Assembly (NCBI GenBank): GCA_034723395.1
Contig: JAYEOW010000053.1
Coordinates: forward strand, 1 to 23,707
Direction: 5' to 3'
Length of the DNA: 23,707 bases
DNA from: Candidatus Margulisiibacteriota bacterium
GTDB taxonomy: Bacteria > Margulisbacteria > WOR-1 > O2-12-FULL-45-9
Each line of letters starts with the position of its first letter. Position 1 is the stretch's first letter. The position numbers and the translations under genes are program-made. The notes below the pieces were generated by a model, which did no database searches, was not told the origin of the DNA, and saw nothing but the letters and a program-made list of their open reading frames with translations. Below are positions 7,933-18,404 of this stretch, piece after piece.

Positions 7933-8445
7933 ATGAGTAATATGGTGCCGGAAGAGAGGATCGAAAGCAAGATTTTCTTGATCAGAGGGCAAAAAGTGAT
8001 GCTGGATAGGGATTTGGCCAAGCTTTATGGGGTTAAACCGAGAAGGCTTAGGGAGCAAGTGAAGAGGAATATAAAAAGATTTCCTCCTGATTTTATGTTT
8101 CAGCTTAATAATGAAGAAGTTAAGGTTATGGTGTCGCAAAATGCGATACCTTCGATAAAGCATTTAGGAGGGTATTTGCCCTATGCCTTTACCGAGCAGG
8201 GAATTGCCATGCTGTCGTCCGTGCTTAAAAGCGATAGAGCAATTTCGGTAAATATTGCTATAGTACGGGCTTTTGTTAAACTCAGACAAGTTCTAGCTAC
8301 CCATAAAGAGGTATCTCGAAAGCTAAAAGAACTCGAGCAAAAGGTCGAAGGGCACGATAAAGAGATAAAAGCGGTCTTTGATGCGATCCGGAAGTTAATG
8401 GAACCGGATCAGAAAACAAAAAAAACGGATCGGATTTGTGGTTGA
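7933..8445 (+). CDS. ORF6N (KilA-N-like) domain DNA-binding protein; C-terminus probably frameshifted in an A8 run
   Basis: [49 protein letters not shown] appears in the adjacent frame after 8418-8425. Confidence 0.92.
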   Translation: MSNMVPEERIESKIFLIRGQKVMLDRDLAKLYGVKPRRLREQVKRNIKRFPPDFMFQLNNEEVKVMVSQNAIPSIKHLGGYLPYAFTEQGIAMLSSVLKSDRAISVNIAIVRAFVKLRQVLATHKEVSRKLKELEQKVEGHDKEIKAVFDAIRKLMEPDQKTKKTDRICG

Positions 8446-10166
8446 TGGATAAATTTACTGCTGAATTAAATTTGACCCCTTTTAAAGCCTTGCTAAAAGC
8501 CTCTTTTATAGCTATTGCAGTAGATATTTTTCTTATAGCCCTTAAATATTCATTGGCCGGGATAACGGGAAGCACCATGCTGCTGGCTGATGCACTGCAT
8601 TCAGGAGGGGATTTAGGGATAAGCCTCACGGTTTTAGTTTCAATCCTGGTAAAATATCTTTTCGCGAACAATGAGAAAGCCAGGCAGGCCGAAGGAGTAG
8701 TGGCACTTTTGGTTTCATTCCTGCTGCTGCTGAGCAGTTTTTGGCTCTTCTCAGATGTCCTGGGCAACGAACCTGCCGGATTCGTTTTAAGTTCAGACCT
8801 TTCTTTGGTAATCGCATTTTTAGGCATCAGCCTTGCCCTTGGTGTTATTTTAGTGATCTGCCGTTTTAAAAGGCGGGTCGGAGAAAAGTACCATTCCATC
8901 GCTTTTATTGCCGAAGGGATGCATAGCCATTCGGACTTTTTCACCTCCTTTGGTGTGTGGTGCACCCTCCTTTTGGGATATTTTGGGGTCCATATCGAAA
9001 GGATTACCACCCTGGTTGTGGCAGTTGCAGTTTTTTGTATAGGGGGAAGGCTTCTTTATGAGGCGCTGCGGTTTTTTGATCTTGATTATACAACCATTGT
9101 CCGCGGGAATAGTTTAATTCCGGATGTTATCCGGTTTTTCAAAAAAAATAATTCCATGATGATAAAAATATTATTGTTCCCCGAAGGTCTTATTTTGAAA
9201 CATAAGGGCTTGGTGGTTTTTTTAAATATATGCCTGGTTGCCGGTCTTTATGTTGGTACGGGATTTTATCAGGTTTTACCTTGTCAGACAGGGGTGGAGA
9301 TGTTATTTGGAAAAGTTATGGAGATGAATCCGCCCGGTTTGCACTTCCATGCGCCAAAGCCGTTTGGCAATGTAATTTTAGTGGATACCGGGGCTGCAAA
9401 TCGTGTGGAAAACGGTTTTAGGACAGACTGGGATTATAAAGATGAGGAACCTGAGGCCTATCTCTGGGAATTTACCCATACTCAGGGAAGATATCCCAAA
9501 GTGCCGGATGAAGCTATAGCTATCACAGGTGACGAGAATTTAATAGACGGCAATTTTCTTTGTTACTATTCTATCCGGGACCCCGTGCAGTATGTTTTAA
9601 ATACTAAGAATGCCCATGAAATTTTAAGGAGTTTGTTTTGTTATGAAGTGCATGCCACCCTGGGCCATTATGAGCTTGATAGGCTTTTGACTTCCGACAG
9701 GGAAAAAGTTCAAGCGGAGTTATGCCGGAAGATGGTGAAAGCGGTAGAAAAACTGCCTATCGGCGTTGAGATTGTGAAGGTTTATATGCAGGAGGTCCAC
9801 CCTCCCATTGAAGTTGTGCCTCAGTATCGGGCAGTCGCCTCTACGCGAGAGAAGAAGAACGAAATTATTCATAAAGCGAGCGCTTATTTCAATGATTTGC
9901 TGCCGCGTTCGCGGGGAAAGGCTCAGGCTTTGCTTCTGGAGGCTGATATCTATACTGCTGAGAAAAACCATGCTGCTCAAGGCAGGGCCAAAAGTTTCCT
10001 GTTAAAACAGCGGCATTTCCTTCCATACAAAGCGGTTCATCAGGCGAGGATGTGGTGGGAAACTGTGCAGGAAGCAATGGAAAATAAACCTATTTATATT
10101 TTACCCGGAGATGCAGAACGCAGGATTTATCTGACTGGAAATAAACAAGAGGAGGAAAAAGAATGA
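8445..10166 (+). CDS. Fusion of a cation diffusion facilitator (CDF) transmembrane domain and an HflK-like SPFH domain
   Basis: N-terminus has ~6 TMs with ADALHSGGD and AEGMHSHSD (HxxxD metal sites). C-terminus has PPGLHFHAPKPF, ITGDENLI, VHPPIEV and YFNDLLPRSRGKA. Confidence 0.88.
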   Translation: MDKFTAELNLTPFKALLKASFIAIAVDIFLIALKYSLAGITGSTMLLADALHSGGDLGISLTVLVSILVKYLFANNEKARQAEGVVALLVSFLLLLSSFWLFSDVLGNEPAGFVLSSDLSLVIAFLGISLALGVILVICRFKRRVGEKYHSIAFIAEGMHSHSDFFTSFGVWCTLLLGYFGVHIERITTLVVAVAVFCIGGRLLYEALRFFDLDYTTIVRGNSLIPDVIRFFKKNNSMMIKILLFPEGLILKHKGLVVFLNICLVAGLYVGTGFYQVLPCQTGVEMLFGKVMEMNPPGLHFHAPKPFGNVILVDTGAANRVENGFRTDWDYKDEEPEAYLWEFTHTQGRYPKVPDEAIAITGDENLIDGNFLCYYSIRDPVQYVLNTKNAHEILRSLFCYEVHATLGHYELDRLLTSDREKVQAELCRKMVKAVEKLPIGVEIVKVYMQEVHPPIEVVPQYRAVASTREKKNEIIHKASAYFNDLLPRSRGKAQALLLEADIYTAEKNHAAQGRAKSFLLKQRHFLPYKAVHQARMWWETVQEAMENKPIYILPGDAERRIYLTGNKQEEEKE

Positions 10167-11044
10167 GAAAAGGATATATTTGTTTTGCGGTTATAGCGGT
10201 TGTCTTATTATTATTTTATGCCATGTGCACCAGCGTGGTTTATCAATGGGAAATGGCCGTGCTTATGAGTTTCGGGAAACCGCTAAGGTTCATAAACAAG
10301 CCGGGAATTTATTTTAAATTTCCCCGCCCGTTTCACCGCATGGCAAAGTTTGACGGCCGCCTCATCATGCTGCAGCCTAAAGCAGCCGAGTTTTTAACGG
10401 CTGACAAGAAAAATTTAATACTGGAGAGTGCCATCTGCTACAAAATAGCGGACCCGGTCCTGTTTATGAAAACCGTGCGGGACAAAAAGGGGCTCGAAGT
10501 GAGGATTACTGATTTAGTCTCTTCTCATACTGGTTTGCTATTGGGGCTCAGGGAATTGTCGGAGATTGTCAATGTGGACCCTGGCAAGGTTAAGTTGAAA
10601 AGCATGAATGTTGAATTGACACGATTAATGAGAAGGGACGTAAAAGGTTTCGGCATAGAGATAAAACAAGTATTTATTAAGAGGATTATGCTTCCTTATG
10701 AAAACAGGCTTGCTGTTTATGGCCGAATGAACGCCGAACGCGAACGTATTGCCAAGAAATATCTTGCTGAAGGGGAAGAAAAGGCATTAGTGATAAGGGC
10801 TGAAGCGGATAGGGCCTCCCGCATTATTATTGCCAAAGCAAAAAGCCGGGCGGCCGTTATTAAGGGTCAAGCCGACGCTAAGGCAATGAAAATATATGGA
10901 AAGACTTACCGCAAAAACCTGGAATTCTACCGTTACTTGCGCGCCCTGGAGGCCTACGAAAATATGTTTAACCAGGACTCAGTAATAATCCTCGATGATA
11001 AATCGCCGATTTTGAAAACGCTATTTTCAGGAAAGCACAAATGA
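10163..11044 (+). CDS. hflC: HflC-like SPFH protein
   Basis: FGKP..PGIYFKFP, LTADKKNL, RMNAERERIA, EFYRYLRALEAY; ATGA overlap with the upstream gene. Confidence 0.9.
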   Translation: MRKGYICFAVIAVVLLLFYAMCTSVVYQWEMAVLMSFGKPLRFINKPGIYFKFPRPFHRMAKFDGRLIMLQPKAAEFLTADKKNLILESAICYKIADPVLFMKTVRDKKGLEVRITDLVSSHTGLLLGLRELSEIVNVDPGKVKLKSMNVELTRLMRRDVKGFGIEIKQVFIKRIMLPYENRLAVYGRMNAERERIAKKYLAEGEEKALVIRAEADRASRIIIAKAKSRAAVIKGQADAKAMKIYGKTYRKNLEFYRYLRALEAYENMFNQDSVIILDDKSPILKTLFSGKHK

Positions 11045-11952
11045 GACAAAATAATATGCGGCGGATTATATCCATTTTAACGCTTGTTGTCTCGATGATA
11101 TACTTTGCCAGCGGGCTTTATTCGCTTCAGAACGGCCAGTCTGCCTTAATCCTCAGGTTTGGTGAATTTGTAAATGAGGAGAGGGAATCTGGTATCCATT
11201 ACCATCTTCCTTTTCCCATTGAAAAGCTAGTTAAGGTCCATGTCAACCAGGTGCAAAAAATTGCAATTCAAGAGCGGAGAAGTGGGGAGCCGGATGAATT
11301 TATGGGATTTGATGAAAATATTACGGGTGATGAAAATTTGACATTGATATGTACAATAATTAATTACGATGTTAAAAAGTTTGCCGATTATCTTTTTAAT
11401 GCAAAAGATATAAAAGCTATTATTGAAGCAGCCGGGCAAAAGTGCCTAACCCAGGAATTGGCAAAAATGAAAGTTTCCGACGTAATGACTACAGGGAAGT
11501 CCCTTTTGCAGCTGGCGATAAAAAGCAGGATGCAGCAAAATTTGGACGACCTGGAAACTGGCGTCAGGGTGCTTTCGGTGGAATTGACCGATATATCGCC
11601 TCCCGGACAAACCTCTGTTGCTTTTCAAAAGGTTTCGGATGCAAGGGAGAAAAAACAAGAAATCATAAAAGGAGCAGAGGGCTATGCTAATTCAGTTGTT
11701 CCTAAAGCCAGGGGAACCGCAAATTCCATTATTTCAGAAGCCGAAGCTTACGCAAAGGAAACGCTGAGTCGCGTAAAAGGTAAAGCCGCGGCCTTTAATG
11801 ATATTTTAAGAGAATATGAACGGAATCCGGAAACAACAGCCAGGCTTAAATATCTGGAAACACTGCAAAAGATATATAGCAAAAGCCAGGTCAGGATAGA
11901 CACAGCGCCCTCTTTAAGCGTTTATTATATTGGCAAAAAAGGGAATGAATAA
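11041..11952 (+). CDS. hflK: HflK-like SPFH protein
   Basis: LRFG, GIHYHLPFPIE, ITGDENL, AEGYANSVVPKARG, RLKYLETLQ; ATGA overlap. Confidence 0.9.
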   Translation: MRQNNMRRIISILTLVVSMIYFASGLYSLQNGQSALILRFGEFVNEERESGIHYHLPFPIEKLVKVHVNQVQKIAIQERRSGEPDEFMGFDENITGDENLTLICTIINYDVKKFADYLFNAKDIKAIIEAAGQKCLTQELAKMKVSDVMTTGKSLLQLAIKSRMQQNLDDLETGVRVLSVELTDISPPGQTSVAFQKVSDAREKKQEIIKGAEGYANSVVPKARGTANSIISEAEAYAKETLSRVKGKAAAFNDILREYERNPETTARLKYLETLQKIYSKSQVRIDTAPSLSVYYIGKKGNE

Positions 11953-12386
11953 ATCCCCATCCCCATCTTGCCGCGTCCATGTTGAACAGTTTTAGATTCC
12001 GTCCAGTGGTGATAAATTCCTGACATTTTTTCCTTTAATCCTGATGATGTGCATGAAGCTTGGTTCCATTCCCTTCCGGTAGGGATCCTGAAGTTTCTGC
12101 CGGTTTTTTTGCTCAACCATTTTGCATATGCCCTGGCGTCATAGAAATTTAGATAATTTAAAGGACTTTCAGCCTTACCGCTTTCAAGGCGCTCTTTAAG
12201 CAGATCTGCACCAAAGCCGTTTATATCATAGGGGGCTTCTTCTACAAACTGCCTGAATTGGCCAACGGTTAATCCGCTTTTCATAACAGCCAGACTTTCC
12301 GATGCTTCGATCATTTCGGGGATTTTTATCTCAGAACCAACAGCTGCTCTTCCAATTCTGACTTCGACCTCCCCCGGCTGGCGCAT
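11925..12386 (-). pseudogene. FGE-sulfatase (SUMF1-like) domain protein, probably a truncated fragment
   Basis: TVGQFRQFV..FYDARAYAKWLSKKTGRNFRIPTGREW..MSG...W. It lacks the C-terminal RGGS/GFR part, runs into hflK, and abuts a transposase remnant at its 5' end. Confidence 0.7.
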
Positions 12387-12726
12387 TGCCAGGTTCGTGG
12401 CCTATGCAAAGAACAAAGGATTGGAGAATGCATCAACTTTTTGCGCCTATCTGTTGGCCCATCTTAAAAGGCTGGGAATTAAGGTTGAAGATGTTGGTAT
12501 CCAAACTGATAACGATGGGGCATTTGTTGGAAACTGGCGGCCTGGATCACCTTCTACTTTTACCTACGTGATCGAGGAAATCTACAAAGCGCTGCATATG
12601 AGAATCCCTCCAGCCGCGCCGACTTACAACTCGGATGTGGAGACTGACGATAACTTCCATATATACTTAAATACTATTAATCTCTGTAAATCTTCAACGG
12701 AGGGTCATCATGTCCCCGGATTGCCC
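12387..12726 (+). mobile_element. DDE integrase-core (IS481-like) transposase remnant
   Basis: IQTDNDGAF and HMRIPPAAPTYNSDVE are rve-type motifs. No N-terminal HTH; apparent deletion after DVET. Confidence 0.7.
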
Positions 12727-12758
12727 ATTTTTGAAAATTATTTAGAAACAATCTGGAA

Positions 12759-12809
12759 CCTGCCTACCGGCAGGCGGGCAAAAAACATGTCCCGACGCTT
12801 CGATCGGGA
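12759..12809. repeat. Two adjacent REP-like mini-palindromes
   Basis: CCTGCC-TACC-GGCAGG (12759-12774) and TCCCGA-CGCTTCGA-TCGGGA (12790-12809). Confidence 0.55.
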
Positions 12810-13012
12810 TCCCGCCGGCATTATTTGTAAATTATTGAGGGCGGGAAAATCTGACCTTTTTAAGGCTGGGAACCACCCCTATAATTAGGAAAAATGAGAA
12901 TCCCGAATATACTACATAGCATTTCCCGTCATGGTCAGGCCTCAATTTGAGACCTTCGGCCACGGCGTATGCCACGCTGCCGCAGGAAGAGATCGCGGCA
13001 TTGGCCGCTTGA

Positions 13013-13041
13013 GGAACCTTCCATGCCGGCCGATTGTCTAA
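13013..13041 (+). promoter_or_regulatory. ECF (RpoE-type) promoter, autoregulatory
   Basis: GGAACC-17 nt-GTCTAA just upstream of the ECF sigma ATG; same motif at 13707-13735. Confidence 0.8.
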
Positions 13042-13054
13042 TATAATAGTAATT

Positions 13055-13705
13055 ATGCCTATGGCAGAACTAGAATTTGAAGAAGTCTATAATAATTTTA
13101 AGGAGAAGGTGTGGAAGCTGACCTCCAGATACCTGGCTTCTTCCCACGACCGGGAAGACCTTTTCCAGGAAGTATTCCTTAAGGTCCATCGCGCGCTGCC
13201 GAAATTCCGCGGCGATTCTTCGCTGGATACCTGGATCTACCGGGTAACCTCCAACACGGCGATCAATTATCTAAAAAAGCAGGACCGTTATAAGTTATTG
13301 AAAAATACACTGGAAAGGATGAGGGTCGTAAAAGATGACCGCCCGGCAAAGAGCGAAGGGGAGTCGAGATTTAAACCGCTGGAGAAGCTTAATCCGCGGC
13401 AAAGGATGGTTATTATTTTGCATGATGTCGAGGACAAAAAACTGGAAGAGGTCGCGAAGACGCTTAAAATCCCGATGGGGACGGTCAAGTCAAATCTCCA
13501 CCGCGGGCGCGATACCAAAGGGCGGGCGGGAGAAAAAGTTCCTGCGCGAAGATTTGCCTTTGCCGGCGCGCTAGCGGTTATTCTGGTTGCCGCAGGGATC
13601 TATTTTAGCCTGCCGCAGGACGGGAATAATTCGATCATGGATTATGTGCTGGAGCAGGAAAAGATTAATGGCAGCCCGCTGATCTCTTATGTGTTTGATT
13701 ACTAA
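13055..13705 (+). CDS. ECF RNA polymerase sigma factor fused to an anti-sigma-like TM tail
   Basis: EDLFQEVFLK, F.GDSSLDTWIYRV and LKIPMGTVKSNLHRGR, then TM FAFAGALAVILVAAGIYF. Start is 13055 or 13061 because the promoter overlaps the TTG at 13034. Confidence 0.88.
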   Translation: MPMAELEFEEVYNNFKEKVWKLTSRYLASSHDREDLFQEVFLKVHRALPKFRGDSSLDTWIYRVTSNTAINYLKKQDRYKLLKNTLERMRVVKDDRPAKSEGESRFKPLEKLNPRQRMVIILHDVEDKKLEEVAKTLKIPMGTVKSNLHRGRDTKGRAGEKVPARRFAFAGALAVILVAAGIYFSLPQDGNNSIMDYVLEQEKINGSPLISYVFDY

Positions 13706-13706
13706 T

Positions 13707-13735
13707 GGAACCTTTTAAAGTTTATAGTTGTCTAA
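13707..13735 (+). promoter_or_regulatory. Second ECF promoter, driving the Spy/CpxP-like gene and probably the efflux genes
   Basis: GGAACCTT-N13-TTGTCTAA, with ends and spacing identical to 13013-13041. Confidence 0.8.
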
Positions 13736-13766
13736 ACAGGTGTGTTAGAAATAGGAGGTAGTCAAG

Positions 13767-14231
13767 ATGAATAATAAAAAATGGTTGATCGGGATGATGG
13801 TCTTTGCGTTATTGATCGCGAATGCTCCAACGGCAGATGCCTTTTGGGGTAAAAAGGGTGGAGATAGGAGACCGGACAAGAATAAAATGATCGAAAGGAT
13901 CGCGGATAAGCTTGAATTGACCGAAGCGCAGAAGGCAAAGTTTAAGGCGAGCGGAGAAAAGACCCAGGAGTTTGTTAAAATTAAGCATGAAGCGGTCAAG
14001 TCCCTGGCAGAGAAATTAAAAACAGAGTTAGGGAAAGATAAACCTAGTCGTTGGGTCGTGAACAGACTGATTAAGCAAATGAGCAGCTTGAAGACCGATA
14101 TTCAGATCAAGCACGCGAATCACCTGATCGATCTTAAACAGGAGCTGACCCCGGAGCAGAGAAAAAAGTTTGAAGAGATGCTGAAGGATCGGCATAAGAA
14201 ATTCGGCAAGAGAAAACCCCGCAAGATATAG
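13767..14231 (+). CDS. Spy/CpxP/ZraP-like periplasmic protein (LTxxQ)
   Basis: Signal peptide; LELTEAQK and LTPEQR motifs; RBS AGGAGG. Confidence 0.88.
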   Translation: MNNKKWLIGMMVFALLIANAPTADAFWGKKGGDRRPDKNKMIERIADKLELTEAQKAKFKASGEKTQEFVKIKHEAVKSLAEKLKTELGKDKPSRWVVNRLIKQMSSLKTDIQIKHANHLIDLKQELTPEQRKKFEEMLKDRHKKFGKRKPRKI

Positions 14232-14245
14232 TATAATCAACCAAG

Positions 14246-15463
14246 ATGAAAAGAGCGCTTGGATGCTTAATTTTGGTCGTTGTGCTGGCAGGATCATCTG
14301 TTTCCCTGACCTGGGAGCAAGCGGTTAAGGCCGCGGAGGACAGCAGCGAGCTGAAAAGCGCGCGGAAAGAGCTGGAATCCTCGGAGTGGAGCTATAAGAC
14401 GGCGGCCAGCGCCTTTATGCCGCAGCTCTCCGCTAACGCCTCGATGACCGAGACTACATCCTCAACTTCTCCCGCAAGATCTTATGCTTACGGCTTGTCC
14501 GCCACCCAGTATTTGTTTAAGGGGATGGCGGGAGTCTACGGGATCCAGAGCGCCTACGCGGATGTGGAATATAAACGGGCGAGTTTGAGGTCGGCCCAGG
14601 CTTCGGTTTACTATGATCTCCGTTCCGCCTTTATCGATCTCCTTTATACGCAGGAAAATATAAAATTGCTGGAGAATATTCTTAAACAGCGCAAGGAGAA
14701 TTCAAGCCTGATCCAGCTCCGTTACGAAAGCGGAAAAGAGGACAAAGGGAACCTGATGACCACCCAGGCCGAGCAGGCCCAGGCTAAATATGACCTGTCT
14801 TCGGCTAAACGCGACCTAAAACTGGCAAAATTAAAAATTTCCCAGCTCCTTTCTAAAAATGTCCGTTCGGCGGACGAGAAGATAAATTTCACCGCTCCAG
14901 CCGGAACAGATTTCGACAAACTGCTTGGAGAAGTTCCTTCGTATGTGATGGCGGAGAAACTATTAGAAAGCAGTGAACTATCTTTTAAATCGACGATCTC
15001 CGGATTCCTGCCTTCGGTTTATTTAAACGGAAGCTTAAGTAAAAGGGGGAACGACTGGCCGCCGGATGGCGATACCAATTCATGGAGCTTAAATCTCTCT
15101 TATCCGTTCTTCCCCGGCGGGAGCAATGTGACCGACCGGGCGGCAAAGAGCGCGCAGCTTGACGGGGCAAGGGAAGAATTTATTAAGCAGGCAAAAGCAT
15201 TGCGTTATTCGCTTGAAGAGGCGTTTGAAGCATTTAACGACGCGATCGAATCGCTTAGGGTTTCAGACGTTTCACTGGCCGCGACCGGAGAGCGCGCCAG
15301 GATCATCGAGGCGAAATATTTGAACGGCCTGGCGATCTATGATGAATGGTACCGCATTGAAAATAACTATATAAATTCCCGGAAGGGATTGTTGAACTCA
15401 AAAAAACAGGCGCTGCTTGCCGAAGCGGCCTGGCACCAAAGTTATGGAGGTTTTGTTAAATGA
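14246..15463 (+). CDS. TolC-family outer-membrane efflux protein
   Basis: Signal peptide, two OEP repeats (FMPQLSA / FLPSVYL; RYESG / KYLNG), upstream of an MFP and an ABC gene. Confidence 0.92.
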   Translation: MKRALGCLILVVVLAGSSVSLTWEQAVKAAEDSSELKSARKELESSEWSYKTAASAFMPQLSANASMTETTSSTSPARSYAYGLSATQYLFKGMAGVYGIQSAYADVEYKRASLRSAQASVYYDLRSAFIDLLYTQENIKLLENILKQRKENSSLIQLRYESGKEDKGNLMTTQAEQAQAKYDLSSAKRDLKLAKLKISQLLSKNVRSADEKINFTAPAGTDFDKLLGEVPSYVMAEKLLESSELSFKSTISGFLPSVYLNGSLSKRGNDWPPDGDTNSWSLNLSYPFFPGGSNVTDRAAKSAQLDGAREEFIKQAKALRYSLEEAFEAFNDAIESLRVSDVSLAATGERARIIEAKYLNGLAIYDEWYRIENNYINSRKGLLNSKKQALLAEAAWHQSYGGFVK

Positions 15464-16398
15464 GAAAATTTCTGTTTCTTCTATTATTAATCCCTTTGAT
15501 CGCGGTTTCCTGCGCGAAGAAAGAAGAAGCGCCGTTGAAGATGGTTAAAGTAACCCGCGGGTCGATCAAGGCGCAGATCGCGACTACCGGGATCGTCGAG
15601 CCGCGCAACCGACTGGAGATAAAACCGCCGGTCGCCGGAAGGATCGATAAGGTTTTGGTCAAAGAGGGACAGACCGTCCGTAAAGGACAGGTCCTGGCCG
15701 AGATGAGCTCTTCCGATAGGGCAGCGCTGCTTGACGCGGCGCGTTCTAAAGGTGCGGCAGAGTTGAAGAGGTGGGAAGATGTTTATAAGCCGGCGCCGAT
15801 CATCGCCCCGCTTAACGGATTTATTATCCAACGGGCGGTGGAGCCGGGGCAGACCGTTACTGTTAGTGACCCGGTATTAGTTATGGCCGATAAGCTGATC
15901 GTAAAAGGCGAGGTGGATGAGACCGATATCGGATTGATCAGGGTAGGGCAGGTCGTGAACATTGAGCTCGACGCTTATCCGGGGAAAAATATCAAAGGTG
16001 AAGTAGAGCACATCGCTTTCGAATCTACTACCGTGAATAACGTGAATGTTTATAAGGTAGATATCCTGCCGGATAAAGTTCCCTCATTCTTCCGTGCCGG
16101 GATGAGCGCCACGGTCAATTTTGTTCTCAGGGAAAAAAATGGAATTATGCTTTTGCCTTTAAATGTTGTGAAAAAAATAGGCAATAAAAGTTATGTTTTT
16201 ATCCTGCCAAAAGACTCTAAGAAGACCAAGGATGTACAGGTAAAGCTCGGATTGGAAAACGATATCCATGTAGAGGTCGTTTCAGGCCTTTCCGAAGGCG
16301 ATGAGGTCTTGGTGCCGACCGCTAAGATGGTCCAGGATCTTCGATCGAAATTCGAACGCAGACGCGGGCCGACCAATCCGCTGCAGAAGAAGAATTAA
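15460..16398 (+). CDS. macA: MacA-like efflux periplasmic adaptor (lipoprotein)
   Basis: Lipobox AVSC; GRIDKVLVKEGQTVRKGQVL, IIAPLNG, VDETDIG, VEVVSGLSEGD. Confidence 0.9.
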   Translation: MRKFLFLLLLIPLIAVSCAKKEEAPLKMVKVTRGSIKAQIATTGIVEPRNRLEIKPPVAGRIDKVLVKEGQTVRKGQVLAEMSSSDRAALLDAARSKGAAELKRWEDVYKPAPIIAPLNGFIIQRAVEPGQTVTVSDPVLVMADKLIVKGEVDETDIGLIRVGQVVNIELDAYPGKNIKGEVEHIAFESTTVNNVNVYKVDILPDKVPSFFRAGMSATVNFVLREKNGIMLLPLNVVKKIGNKSYVFILPKDSKKTKDVQVKLGLENDIHVEVVSGLSEGDEVLVPTAKMVQDLRSKFERRRGPTNPLQKKN

Positions 16399-18359
16399 TG
16401 TCTCTGATCGAACTTAGGAATATACATAAGACCTACTATATCGGCGGCAAGGTCCCGGTTTACGCGTTGGACGGTGTTTCGCTCAAGATCGAGCCGGGAG
16501 AATTCGTGGCGATCATGGGGCCGTCCGGTTCGGGCAAGTCTACGCTGCTGGCGATCCTCGGATTGCTGGATAAAACGGATAAAGGCGAATACTGGCTGCT
16601 CGATAAAGATATCTCCAATATGAAAGAGAGCAATTACGCACGTTTGCGTAATCGTTTCTTCGGATTTGTTTTCCAGACCTTTAACCTCTTGCCCAAACTA
16701 AATATTGTTGGCAACGTTCTCCTCCCTTTTATCTATTCGCCAGAGGCAACTGAAGAAAAAAAGAGCCATGCCCTCGATATGGTCAAACAGATCGGCCTTG
16801 GGGACAGGTTAAAGCACAAACCGAACGAACTTTCCGGCGGCCAGCAGCAGCGGGTGGCATTGAGCCGCGCGCTGGCAAACGATCCGTTGGTTATCCTGGC
16901 GGATGAGCCGACCGGTAACCTTGATTCAAAGTCATCCGAAGAGATCATGAAGATACTGAAAGAGCTGAATGAAAAAGGGAACACGATCATCATGGTGACC
17001 CATGAGCAGGATATCGCGGCCTACGCTTCGCGCGTCCTCTCGCTGCACGACGGTAAGATAATTAAAGATGAGAGAAAAGCGGAACAGGCAAAAAAAGATG
17101 TCCCTTCCTTCCCGATAAAAACTGCGCGGGCGGGATTGATGGCCCGTTTAGGCGGCCTAAAGAATTATTGCTACGAAGCATACACTTCGGTGGTAGGCAA
17201 TAAACTGCGCTCGATCCTGTCGATCCTTGGCGTAATGATTGGCGTAGCGGCGGTCATAACTATGCTGGCCCTTGGTTCGGGGGCACAGCGGAGCATGGAA
17301 AAGACGCTGTCGGGCCTGGGGATCAATACCATGATGGTGAGGGCGCCGCGCCGTTCACAGAGCCTGTCTTTGGGGTTGGAGGAGAGGCTGCGTTTTACCT
17401 TTGCCGACCTGGCGGCGCTGAAAAATATAGAGTCGGTGATGTACGCGGTCCCCTATGTTTCGGGGAAGGCGCAGGCGGTTTTTGGGAACCGGAATTGGGG
17501 GACAAGCATTGTCGGGACATCGACCGATTATATCAATTTGAAAGACGGCCAGACCGAATATGGAAGATTCTTTAACCAGGCCGAAGCTAACCGCAGCGCT
17601 AAAGTAGCGGTGATCGGCAGGACGGTCGCTAAAGAGCTTTTTGGGGAGGAGGATCCGGTAGGGCGCAATATACGGATAAACCGGATAAACTTCCGCGTGG
17701 TCGGAGTAATGGAAGAGCAGGGGAGTATGGGATGGCAGAATATGGACGACCAGGTTTACATCCCGATCAAGACCGCGATGTACCGCCTGCTGGGCGAGGA
17801 ATACATAACTTATTTTCAGGTCAGGGTTGGGAACAAGGCGGATATGGATTATGTGGAAGAAGAGATCGTTAACAAGATAATGCGCCTGCACCGGCTTTCC
17901 GAGTCTTCCCGCGGCAGTGTTGATGTTATCAATATGGCGGAGATCCAGGCGGCGGCGACTGAGTTGATAAATACGTTAGCTTATTTATTGGGGGCTGTGG
18001 CGGCGGTGAGCCTTTTAGTAGGCGGTATCGGCATTATGAATATTATGCTGGTGATGGTCATGGAGCGGACGCATGAGATCGGCCTGCGCAAGGCGATCGG
18101 CGCCCAGAAGGGCGATATTATGATGCAGTTTCTGGTCGAATCGGTATTGATCTGCCTCTTTGGCGGAGTGGTGGGGATTGTTTTCGGGAGCGGAATTTCC
18201 TGGATGCTTTCAACAATTGCCAACTGGAATGTTTATATCTCGCCGTTCTCGATCGTGCTCGCTTTTACATTTTCGGTCCTGGTCGGGATCGTTTTTGGGA
18301 TGTGGCCAGCCTGGCGGGCGGCAAAATTATTGCCGATTGAAGCTTTGCGCTATGAGTAA
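16398..18359 (+). CDS. macB: MacB-type ABC transporter, fused ATPase and permease
   Basis: Walker [59 protein letters not shown]. Confidence 0.95.
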   Translation: MSLIELRNIHKTYYIGGKVPVYALDGVSLKIEPGEFVAIMGPSGSGKSTLLAILGLLDKTDKGEYWLLDKDISNMKESNYARLRNRFFGFVFQTFNLLPKLNIVGNVLLPFIYSPEATEEKKSHALDMVKQIGLGDRLKHKPNELSGGQQQRVALSRALANDPLVILADEPTGNLDSKSSEEIMKILKELNEKGNTIIMVTHEQDIAAYASRVLSLHDGKIIKDERKAEQAKKDVPSFPIKTARAGLMARLGGLKNYCYEAYTSVVGNKLRSILSILGVMIGVAAVITMLALGSGAQRSMEKTLSGLGINTMMVRAPRRSQSLSLGLEERLRFTFADLAALKNIESVMYAVPYVSGKAQAVFGNRNWGTSIVGTSTDYINLKDGQTEYGRFFNQAEANRSAKVAVIGRTVAKELFGEEDPVGRNIRINRINFRVVGVMEEQGSMGWQNMDDQVYIPIKTAMYRLLGEEYITYFQVRVGNKADMDYVEEEIVNKIMRLHRLSESSRGSVDVINMAEIQAAATELINTLAYLLGAVAAVSLLVGGIGIMNIMLVMVMERTHEIGLRKAIGAQKGDIMMQFLVESVLICLFGGVVGIVFGSGISWMLSTIANWNVYISPFSIVLAFTFSVLVGIVFGMWPAWRAAKLLPIEALRYE

Positions 18360-18404
18360 TATAATAATCGGGGGCAATCAAGGATTATGAAGGAGGAGGG
18401 ATAA

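Noticed and set aside
12397..12888. Intact 163-aa protein
   Set aside because: Chimeric read-through of a transposase fragment into intergenic palindromes (LPTGRR comes from CCTGCCTACCGGCAGG).
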